A DNA stretch of 52,567 nucleotides, filler included, from Catajapyx aquilonaris (Eukaryota): NCBI GenBank assembly GCA_000934665.2. It is 3 parts of 3 records of this genome, joined end to end, with 100 filler letters (N's around TTAATTAATTAA, not from the genome) between each part and the next. Parts side by side here need not be neighbours in the genome. Positions count along the whole stretch, not along the records: positions 1 to 17,426 come from JYFJ02006952.1; positions 17,527 to 35,048 come from JYFJ02006953.1; 1 more part is not named here. One strand, written 5' to 3'. Positions 11,033 to 21,572 of the stretch are shown one piece after another (the stretch's first letter is position 1; each line of letters begins with the position of its first letter). Under the pieces are notes generated by a model. The model was not told the DNA's origin and made no database searches. It saw nothing but the letters and a program-made list of their open reading frames with translations. Made by a program: the position numbers and the translations under genes.

Positions 11033-12970
11033 CTGAAATCAATGACATCTTGTAAGTGCAGGTGTATTGGAAAGGCAGTGTTGGACTCTCTACACTTGTC
11101 ATACATTATTATTTATTCAGGCAATCCATGTGCAGCAGCCCACTTTTCCCTTCATCAATTTTTATAAAATTCGGTACATGTCAGACAAGTGAGCTACCCT
11201 AGTCCAGATTCCACACCTGTGCTATCTGGTAGTGAGTTGTACCATGGAATTAGCCAAATCAAGTCCAACATGGACTGTTTTAAACTCTCTCTTCCCCTCC
11301 CCTCCCTCATTCCTGCAACAATACCCCAGTCTCCCTACAACAAGTGACCACCAGTCACAACAGCAGGGTCATTCCATGTCAATTCACCGAGCCCCCTGAC
11401 CCTTGGGTTGTCTGATACTGACCGGCGCATCGCTTTCATTACGTCTTAGAAAAATACCATTTGGACGGTTTTGCGATTTACCCACCCACCTGGAGATAGG
11501 CACACCGGGAAAAAAGGCCGTTTAGGAAGATACCTAGGGTTTCAAAAATCGGTCATATCTTGTGAACCAATTGAGCTACAGACGTCGTCGACCACTCAAT
11601 TTGAATGGATTCGAGAGCTCAATCTCACTAAGCATTAAATATTGGTATTTTGACTTTTTTGAAAATTTTGTCCCATTTTCAAAATTTTGAAAAATATTTC
11701 TTGAAAAATTCCTCCCAATTTAAAAACCCTATTTTTAAATCGGGTTATAGCTTGGACCCCTTCCTTGACATAGAAAAATATCCAAGTAGGACTTTTTTAA
11801 TTTAAGGAAAATAATTGCATTTGAAGAAGCGCATGCGTGTCGAAATTACACCATGCGCCAAATCTCACGCCGGCCGTTCATGTTGGATGCAGAATTAGAT
11901 ACATGTTGATAGCAAGCCTTCTTAGACTAATAATTCGACGCCGGTGATTTCGAAAATGGAGGTTAGAACTCAGGATTTTGGGTCCTTCTGACCCAAAAAC
12001 AAGATGGCGTCCAAGGTTACGGCATTTCCAAGAATTATGAGGTAGTGGCGAATTTTTGCCCTAAATGTGGCAAGTTAGTGAGGTGTGATTTTAGGTTTTT
12101 TTTGGGTCGCTAAGGTCAACCACGAGTGACCCGAGGTCATATGACTTCACTGGAAGTTGAAAATTTGAAGTGACAGGTACTGTTACGGACGTGAAAGATC
12201 TCGTTCATTACACACATATCAAAGTCACGAAATATGTTGTGACGGCTATATTATGTTACATTATGACAAATACATAAGTCTTTGATGTTAACCATCAGAC
12301 TGGGTTCAGTGCTTACCTGCAAGTCAAGCAATGTGCACCTGTATATCATTTTGGGTTGTGACCTTACTACGTACAGGGGTTTATATTAAATAAGCAGAGA
12401 GTAGGCACTTATGGTGGGTTTTGAATCCGCCAACAATGCGGTCCTCATTGTGCGCAGCAGGCCAAAGAACGTTATTGTTGCTTTGCCAATCACCAAATAC
12501 CTCTGATAATTAGTATTTGGCAAAGGGCTGCCTCCAGGGAGCAGATCAAGGCAATGACAAGCTTCACTTGCGGATGCGCTTATGAAATTGTTCCGTTGTT
12601 GACACTGTTTACTTCTTATGCTACCGGTCGGCATCTTCATGGAAATGTGGAAGAGGGGATTGTTACCTTCAACAAAGGGTAGGTCTGTTCCAGAAAATAC
12701 CCATAGTGGGCATCAGCAAACGGAAAAGTACAGAAAAGTGAAATAGCAAATAGAATTGCATTACATTTCAGCGGTATTATGACACGTATCATATAATATA
12801 AATATAGATAAATTTCACAGGAAGGGAAACAGTATGATATTCATTTTTTTCGTGGCACCTCAGTTGCGAACCATTGCCCTAGATTTTAGGTGGCTGGGGA
12901 CAAATGGGTTAAAGCAAACCTCTCTATGTAGAAACCCTACTTAAATTAATACATCGATTTATTGTATTAC

Positions 12971-13093
12971 CTGAATCTCAGGATTGATGTGCTTCTTCAA
13001 CATGTGCCTCTCCAGGTCCCTCTTCGTGGCAAATGCACCGTTGCAATGGTCACAGTATAGAAGCTGGTACAGCAGGATGAAGGGTTCCAATAT
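12971..13093 (-). CDS. Internal exon encoding one C2H2 finger (not in ORF track)
   Basis: Acceptor ttctcttctcattgcag|, 123 nt open, reads ILEPFILLYQLLYCDHCNGAFATKRDLERHMLKKHINPEIQ, donor CAG|GTAATA; phase 0 at both ends. Confidence 0.8.
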
Positions 13094-14303
13094 CTGCAAT
13101 GAGAAGAGAAACAGACTTTACAGAATAAACAGGAAGTACCAGTTTTAAACCATTTATTGGTTCCAGCAACATAGGGGCATAAAGTGAATCGGCATAAATG
13201 GAGACAAAAGTATAATGTAAGTAAATGCGATAGGTTCCAAAATTTCCATGAAATCTTCCCATGCACAGTACTAATACTGCTATTTGAAACATTTATTACA
13301 CATATTTAATGGGTGGTTTCCAAGTTGAATGAGGTTCTGATTCTGATTTATTTCCCTTCTTTGGCAAGAACTGCAGTACAAGTAGTGTAATGTAACAACG
13401 GATACAGTACTTCGAGGAGTGGAGAAACCAAAAATACAGTAGGCCTACTGTATATTCAGATTCGTGGAATCTACAGGGTTCAGATATTTAATCTACCGTC
13501 GCTTTGGTAAATAATAAAGGGGTTCTAGGCGATCACTTTGAGTACATGCAACATGGGTCTCCAACGCATAGTTGCCGAGATAATTAGCATTAAATAAAAA
13601 GTGCGTTATCCCAGCTTATAGGTTTCGGATACTGCTTACGACACTTCCATCGCCTAGGCCAGTAGTTCCCAAACTGTGCTCTTCCGCAAAGCTATTTGTG
13701 TGGATTGGGATTTCTGCCTATGCAGCATCTAACACCAAGCACAGGAGCTGCCTCTGAGCCAGATATTTTTCTGCAGCCACACGCAAAATTGGACATAGCG
13801 AATACAATGCAAACCTAAATAACCCTATTCATATAGGTATGTGGTCTAGTGTTTAAAAATTTGTAATGAAAATAAGATGCCTTTTTGTTCTGCATCTAAT
13901 GCTTATGACTGCCGTAAAATGGGGCTACTTTGATCCTGGTGGGGCTACTTTGGTCCAAGCACGTACCAAGTACTTAAAAATGCATAAGATGGCAGGTAAT
14001 GACACTAAACTACATATATGTAATAAGCACAGTCAGAATCACTAAGGAGTGGTGACATTTGTGGCAAATGTGTCATACATCGAAGTTTGTAAACCCCCCC
14101 AGCTGAGGGCAACACTGTATTACCTCACATAAAGCGGCATGCCAGTGTAGTTGAGGTCGACCAGTTTTTAGAAATGCACGATCTGGTGGTAATACGGGCA
14201 TGCCGGTATAGGGCAAGGTATGCCGGTATAAGCAGGCGAAGGGTTTCACTTTTTCAAATGAACCATTTCATATTTCAAATGCGAGCAATATGATTCTTAC
14301 AGT

Positions 14304-14586
14304 TAATAATAAATAATCATAATAATAATGGATACCCCGTGATAGGCCCCTTGGGCCTCTTAGGGGATCATCTTTTGAAAACCCGACTTTAATCATTTGC
14401 CTGAAATGTGATGGATTTTGATAGTGGGAGGAAACAGGAGAACCCCGAGAAAACCCACGTGAACACGGAGAGAACCCACCGAAACTCTATCCACATAAGT
14501 ATCCTCTGTCCGACCCGGGGATCGAACTCGGGACCTTAGAGGTGGAAGGCTGCGGCGGCGCTAACCACTCGGCCACCGTGTCGCCC
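14304..14586 (-). mobile_element. tRNA-derived SINE with V-domain-like core (family C)
   Basis: 12-bp TSD gattcttacagt (14292-14303, 14587-14598), A-box TGGCCGAGTGG, B-box AGTTCGATCCC, core gttctctccgtgttcacgtgggttttctcggggttctcctgtttcctcccac, (ATT)n tail. Confidence 0.9.
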
Positions 14587-14860
14587 GATTCTTACAGTAA
14601 ATACCTACCAGTGTGTCTGAAGCACATCTGAAATATACAATAGAACCAGCTACACCTGTGGCCTGCGAGCTACTAACTGAGCAAGGCAAAGTGCGAAGAA
14701 CTGCGAGAGTTGGCCTTGATCCATTGTGTTGGAGTAGGGGTTTCCCCTCTCAAAGCAGGGTGATGATGGGATTGGATTGCAACAAAACTTGCATATTCTC
14801 ACAGCCCTGTACACTCGCCCATTTTCATCTCAACATAATTTCAGTACGGTACTAGTACTA

Positions 14861-15170
14861 CAGTAGGGGCAAGATAACTCATGCGTTTTGGGAGGTGGCT
14901 TGTGGGCTTGGCAACTATAATTAGCCCCGCCCCCTATACCCATCGACCAATCAGGATTCGATTTCAAAGGAGATGGGCGTTATGTTCTAAAACCTCAATA
15001 ATGAGATGAGTTTGTTTGCACTTACGCAATTGGTAACCAAGCAGGGGGGAAATATTTCTCCACCAATCGTTCTAAATTCCACATTAAAAACTCAGCAGGG
15101 GGCGGGGCTAAAGATGGTGCCAAGAACACAAGCCACCTCCCAAAACGCATGAGTTATCTTGTCCCTACTG
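14861..15170. mobile_element. Tc1/mariner-superfamily MITE
   Basis: Long TIR cagtaggg(g/a)caagataactcatgcgttttgggaggtggcttgtg; TA on both sides. Confidence 0.9.
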
Positions 15171-15898
15171 TAGAAGCATTCCATTAAAAAATGACAAGGA
15201 ACAAAATGATGGAAATCTTCCTCGGTTATTGTGGCATGCCGGCCACCCCCGGGTTATACTGGTGTGCTGGTTGACCTCGCTTTATACCGGGATGCCGCTT
15301 TATGTGAGGTAATACGGTATAAGTCGAACTTCCCTCAGAAGGCGAAGAAAATTATGGGCTTGGTTGGTCACAATGTAAAATAATAGAAAATAAACTTCCC
15401 TAACTCCAATATGTGTGAAAGAAAGCAAGCAAACCCATCACACTAACACTAACAAGGAGAAATCGTAATGTGGGAATAACGGATTTGGCCAAAAATCGAC
15501 CAGTGGGTAAATCACACACGTAGAATTCACTGCACAAGAAGACCCACTTCGCAGCCAGATATGAGTGATGACAGATCCGGTGTGTCTCAATACTGTTCAG
15601 TGCAGCCGCCACGTAATCCACCCGCCCCACTTGCTCTCTTTAATTTGCTCCTTCCCTTCCCCTCTTTTTCTAGTCAAGTTCTTAACATGCTTTTTGTGTT
15701 TGGCTGCACATCCTGATGAATTTCAGTGTTCTTTGACACATGCTTTAAACTAATTACTGCAATTACCTCAACATAAGAGATCGGCAACAAATACTGGATC
15801 CCTTTTTGCTACATGATTGGCCAGAGTTGCCCTCCTCCTCCTTGACCCTCCTGACCTCCTCTGCCCTGCTCATCCTCGAATATGATTGTGACACTCAC

Positions 15899-16042
15899 CT
15901 CCTCTGGCTCTTCCTCCGGCTCCACTTCGACCCTGTCCCACTTCGAATGGGTGGTGCTGTGTGCTAGAAGATCAATCCTCCTCTTGAAGACCGTGTCTGG
16001 GCAGGAGGGGCAGGCGAATCTCCCCAATTTCAGCATGTCCAT
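15899..16042 (-). CDS. Probable first coding exon of the zinc-finger gene (one finger)
   Basis: ACCATGG at 16042 with an upstream in-frame stop, finger CPSCPDTVFKRRIDLLAHSTTH, consensus phase-0 donor GAG|GTGAGT at 15899. Confidence 0.65.
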
Positions 16043-16935
16043 GGTGATAGGGCTGGGGATATGCTCTGTCCTGTTCCGCAACTATGCTCCACCCTTAAAA
16101 GAGGAAAAAAAACCAGTTCAGTGTGATTCCATCATTCCCACCGTCAATCCGAAGCCAAGCCTCAGTGCCAAACCTTGCTAGTGGTGGACCCTAGTCCAGA
16201 CCTACACATATGCATCTGCTAGTGAGTTGGACGATGGAATGAGCCAAATAAGCATTACGTAAAACCCAAGAATGGACCCTGTCACTCGGGTAACGGTCTG
16301 GGTGTGACCTAGTTACCCATCCAAGCAGTGGCCCGGTCCACTCCCAAACCCTTTCCCCATGCACCCAGCCTGGTCCACCTTCCCCATAAACCCAACCACA
16401 CAAACTCACCCTCCAACAATGAGTGTTTCCCAGGACAAACACTTCCTTCGAACAACTCCATACACGAGGTTGTCGCACGAGACAACCAAGAACCAACAGG
16501 GCTTTTTCCTCTCCGCACATCAGACCGCAGGACACGTAGTTCCCCTTCCCTCCGCTGTAGAGGGCGGCTATGGCGCCACTAGGGTGGATGAGGCCATCTG
16601 ACGGGAAACAACCCAACCACTACGCGCCCAATACGTGTAAATGAGCAAATTCGTTGAAACAAAATATTTTTTTAAAAGAAACTGCCCAAAATATTTATTG
16701 CATATTTTACAACATATTGGCCCTCCCTAGAGTAGAATAGAAAACGAAATTTTCCATGGCATGTTCGTCGTCGAACAGGCCAAACATAAGTGCATATTTA
16801 TGTCAAATAAAAGTACATTTGGACACTAATTCAGACACCAGTCAAGTCAACACACCTTGCATAGGGCTGCCAATTTTACGCATTACGCCACAGGGAATAG
16901 GACCAGTTCCCAATATTAATACTACCGGAAGAATA

Positions 16936-17212
16936 CAGGGTGATCAAACTTTTTTGTCGTTTTAGTTATTGACAAATTCGGCCTAAGCTGCTTATATTGT
17001 AGCCCGTTCCCTGGCAACCCCGTCCGGCGGGCCAATTCAAACACCAGCACATGGAGATCGCTGCCATTGTTGCCACTGTTTACAAATCGAGTGAGTGACG
17101 CGGACGACCCAGCGACGGGCCTCTTCTGCCTGCGCACTCACTCACTCACTCGATTTGTAAACAGTGGCAACAATGGAGGCGCTCTCCATGTGCTGGTGTT
17201 TGAATTGGCCCG
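16936..17212. mobile_element. Palindromic Tc1/mariner-type MITE, right arm truncated (same family as 1-233)
   Basis: Starts TA|cagggtgatcaaactttttt. ~70-bp inverted arms at 17030-17098 and 17142-17211. Confidence 0.8.
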
Positions 17213-17426
17213 AATACTACATAAGAGGCGCGAACATTCGATTTTTTTCGTCTCTCTGCTTATGGCGTTGTCAAGGGTGGCGGCCATCTTGACGTGTGTG
17301 GTATGTCAACGAGGTGTAAATAGGGTACAGGCAGGCCGTCAAGGTCCGCGGGGTCCGCCATCTTTGATGGTTTTGGCTGCCATGGAAATACACGGCGATA
17401 ACAATTTACTTACCCATTTTCCAATA

Positions 17427-17526
17427 NNNNNNNNNNNNNNNNNNNNNNNNNNNNNNNNNNNNNNNNNNNNTTAATTAATTAANNNNNNNNNNNNNNNNNN
17501 NNNNNNNNNNNNNNNNNNNNNNNNNN
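17427..17526. other. Artificial contig spacer
   Basis: 44 N + TTAATTAATTAA (stops in all six frames) + 44 N = 100 bp; identical to 35049-35148. Confidence 0.95.
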
Positions 17527-18739
17527 AGAGTCATTCATAGATCTGTCAGAAGCCCTTCAAGCACCAGACGAGGCAGTACTTATGGAAAAGAATGTGGCAT
17601 TTAGCATACATGTATCTCATACTGGTTTGCACTCAATTCACTGTTTATCCACAAACATCACTTGTCACATGACCAGGAAGGCAAGAAGACATCATCATTT
17701 CCTACCATGCCTTTCATTGGCATAAATACATCACAAGAAGTAGGTTGAAAGCGGTTGAAAGAGAAGCTAACAGTACCAGCTTCTGGAAGAGCTGATATAA
17801 AAAGAATAAGCTGGATGCTAATAGGTCAGAAGTGCAGTACTGTTAGGGAACTAACAGATCCTAATGAAGACATTGTATAGTGTACATGATGAGTGTTACT
17901 TATTGCTACAGGACATTGGTAATTGTGCAGAACTTAAAGTAAAAAATGGGGGAAGCTGAAGAGGAAACTTCGAATGTGCCTCCCAACAGTGCAATGGCAC
18001 ATTTCAAACACTCTGATGAAAAATTTCCATATCTTGGAGCCACAATCTGGGAGTAAAAAGTGGGAAGAGAATTAGTTCATATTTAAACATGTAAATCAGT
18101 CCAAGCTTGATTTGGCTACGGTCCATGACACATATGCAACAAACTTATGTGACAAATCAATATTGTAACATCACAAGAAAGATGCTGCAACTATCTGAAA
18201 TCTCCTCCAGCAGAATTCAAGCCTATCATTTTTTTTCAAGCACAGAGAACAGGGGCATGGCCTAAACAATAAAGGCAAGTGGACTCCATTTTCTGGAGAT
18301 ATATTGCATGCACTTGGCTGTTGGAAGTCCAAATAATAATTCATCACACGGGTAATTTTTCCTGAAGGACACATCTCAAGGGAATTAGTTGCATATGTGA
18401 CTGCAGTCTAGCCAGAAATCAGGCAATTCTGCCATATGGGGTGTCATGGTTTTTTGTTTTTCTACATACCTAACTGGAAAATAAAGCACAGTTATGGCCC
18501 CTACTGAATCCTGAAATTTTGCAAAAAGTAGCCTTAAAATCTAGAACTGTATAAACCAATCTGAGCTAATAACTATTGACTCCTAATGAACATGAATCAT
18601 TACATAAGTGAAACTCACCTAATCACAGGTCAACATGCAGTATACGCAGCCACTGCAGGAGAAAATTCTATTGCTGATACAAATGTACCAAAGTGATCAG
18701 TACCATTAAGATGATGAAGGAACTGCAACCATGCAGTTT

Positions 18740-18990
18740 CCAGCTCTGGCGGCCAGAGTTAAAACCCCTTATCTCCAAAAATCACGTAAATGGAGATAAA
18801 TGCATCATTGCACTCCTCTTAGCAAGCCACACCTGTTGGTACAAAGACTGTAACTGTAGGAGCTAAGTTTTGGCCAAATCATCAACTTCCATATAATTAT
18901 GATAATGGAAACAGAAAACTTCAAACGCGAATATCTCAAAATGACAAAAAAGATGAGATACAGGGTTTTGACTTGGGCCGTCAGAGCTGG
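18740..18990. mobile_element. MITE with ~35-bp imperfect TIR, superfamily unassigned
   Basis: ccagctctggcggccagagttaaaaccc versus reverse complement of right end ccagctctgacggcccaagtcaaaaccc. Confidence 0.7.
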
Positions 18991-19138
18991 CTATCTATTG
19001 GTTGTGTGTCTGACTCATGATTGATAAAAGTGCGCTTCAGCCTTAGCTGGAGCTGCCCTAGGATAGGCAAATAAAATATCATGCATTGGTGGTGGTGCAG
19101 GTGAAAGTGGGTGAGGGGAAGACATGATTCCGGAAGAC

Positions 19139-19186
19139 GATGGGCACTGTAGAATGGCACCATGGTGCCATTCTACAGTGCCCATC
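19139..19186. repeat. 48-bp perfect palindrome
   Basis: gatgggcactgtagaatggcacca|tggtgccattctacagtgcccatc. Confidence 0.95.
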
Positions 19187-19227
19187 TTCTTCCCCCATCA
19201 GCCCATCAGCTTCAGTCCTAAGCACAC

Positions 19228-19612
19228 ATCTTATAATAATATTATTATTATAATAATTGGGTTAGTGCACCGACCATTTTTTAATGGGCATCTGGCACGG
19301 TACCTTTATTGCTTTTTAAGGTGTACAAGCTTTTTGTTGGTCCTTTTCCATAACGCCCAGGTGCCGTGAGCGAAGGAAGGGTGACTGGGAGGGGATGTGC
19401 CAAGTGCAAGTGCAATGTCTCAAACGGAAACAGTACATTTTGTGAAATCCCCTGGGTGGATTAGTCTGTTGGAGATTCCACCCGAGACGAAGCCAGAGAC
19501 GACCCAACTCTAAACGATGTAAAGGGGGGAATGCCCGGGCTTGGGATCAAACCCGGGACCCTTACATCTGTGGGCGCATACGTGTTACCTCAGCGCCACT
19601 CCGCCTCCCCGT
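19228..19612 (-). mobile_element. tRNA-derived SINE, family A, full length
   Basis: 10-bp TSD ctaagcacac (19218-19227, 19613-19622), A-box TGGCGCTGAGG, B-box GGTTTGATCCC, AT-rich tail. Homologous to 240-497. Confidence 0.85.
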
Positions 19613-20096
19613 CTAAGCACACCTTCAAAACTTTAATTGATCCATGTTCACGAATCAGAAATAAGTTTCCACCAACTTCTGAAATCAGCATGAATGATAA
19701 ATGCGCTTGAATTCCCACTCAATTAAGTAGAAATAAAATCCATGACACTCCATACAGCAGAACTACTGGATATCAAATCAAAGTCGGCCTGGTTTCATGC
19801 TTACTTTCTCCCCCCAGGTTTATTACTCCCAGATCTGGTATGTGGCAGTCATTGCAACCCTCACGATTGAACCTAAATTCTAGATCCCCAGTGGCATGTG
19901 ACTGCAAAACTACCACCACCTTCAAGCCCCCTTATTATTATTATTATTCCATTACAATTATTGTACTAATACTCACTACCCTGCTTCTGAAAAGCGAACT
20001 GTATTCAGTGAATCAGGAATCCCAGCCGTTGTTCGATTCCACGTGTGGAACCCAATCCGTTCTGGAAACCGTCGAACAGCCGCTCACCCCACTCAC

Positions 20097-20310
20097 CTGC
20101 TGCTTGCTAAACCTTGGAACACAGACGGTCCTATACCCGCTGGGCCCCGGCCCCGGCCCCCCGAACGGAAGGTACCCACGCAATCTGCAGAAATCCGAAC
20201 ACAATCAACGCAACGGATTCCAGGGTTCGAAAACAAGTTGGCACAGGTCGTTCCTGGAGGACTGAATGAAGCACAGCTGCTTGAGACCACTCTGACAACT
20301 GCTAAGAATC
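20097..20310 (-). other. Candidate non-coding first exon of an unidentified gene downstream of DSCC1
   Basis: CpG-rich stretch ending in a consensus donor CAG|GTGAGT at 20097. No convincing ORF; 5' boundary approximate. Confidence 0.35.
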
Positions 20311-20469
20311 GCGGCGATTTCGTAACGGCTACTAATAACCACTGCTATTATTCTATCAATGAAATATATAAATGCAGTCTATTTTTCTCAAAGTATTTTA
20401 TTAATGATCTTCCTGATATAACCACCTTCTCCGGTATGTCAGCCTTGTCGGTATCATTCATGTAGCATG

Positions 20470-21528
20470 CTAACGCTTGTACTTGGCGGTGTAATACTTG
20501 ATTCCATCATGCATGGATGCACGAGTATATTTGGTCAGAATGGTGGCGACATTCTGTTTCCCAACAGTCAGCTTCCTGAAACAGGTAATTATACATTAAA
20601 TATAATCATGACAATTACACAATAAATACAAAGTGTGGCACTGTAGCAATATTTGCTGTGTTTCAAAACTTGGCAACAATTGGTAGAGGGGNGCCAGCCA
20701 AGCGGGAGGTCCGGGGTTCAAATGCCGTCGTCCCCGTCCCCTCTGCTTGGTGTGGTCTTTTTCCGCTTTTCACCCAACATGTCCGGGCAGACTCGCACTC
20801 CCTACTCTACCCAGGGCCAGGAGAAAAGGTATGGTGCTCTAAGGGTCTGTAATGACTAGAAACTATTTAAGAGCGCCCTCCCTTGGGAACCTCCCCTTCC
20901 CCACATGCCCGTGGACCAGGGCGTTGCGACGAAAACATAAGTGTGTAGGTGAAAATTGCAAAATAAATAACGGTCCATGCAATACCGAGATCTCGGTATT
21001 GCATGGACCTTCGAAGGTCAGCACTACCCAATATTATTATTACAGTATTATTAACTTGGCAACAATTAAGCTGGGCTCAGTGTGTTCGTGTTTCACTTCT
21101 ACCGTGCATTACACCACGATTAGATGAACACACTCACTCAAGGTATGGAGTGATCTCACTCAGTGTCCACCTGTCCTTGGCATGAAAAAGAGCCTCCATT
21201 CTTTCCCCTGGGTCTTCTGCCAGCTCGTAGTGAGCAAACCACCAAATGACAGGGGGCTTTGCCTGAGAGTCCACCAACGCCAATCCCTCCAGCTGTTCCA
21301 GAGATGTCTTCATCCCTTCAGGCACACTCTGCTGCCATGACTTCAAGAACTCCTTCAAATTGAAACGACCAGCAGCCCTTAGGAGAGCCTCGCCCAACAG
21401 CCTGCAAACTTCATCTTCTTTCAAAGCACACAGCTGTTCATCATCCCCATCGCTAACCGGATCCTCCAGGTACCAGCCAAGCATGTGTTGCAGCACCTAG
21501 TTTATTAAATTGTCATTGGCAGTTGTCA

Positions 21529-21572
<44 letters not shown>

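Larger units (their letters stand above)
14115..15317. mobile_element. Old pogo/Tigger-like MITE carrying nested insertions
   Basis: Left ctgtattacctcacataaagcggcat matches the reverse complement of right atgccgctttatgtgaggtaatacgg; TA follows the right end. Confidence 0.7.

Noticed and set aside
11364..12200. Probable DNA transposon fragment in the zinc-finger intron
   Set aside because: Only one putative end seen; not classifiable.
17885..17960. ATGATGA...CTGA C/D snoRNA-like spacing
   Set aside because: No terminal stem, no recognisable rRNA complement, and opposite strand to the candidate host transcript.
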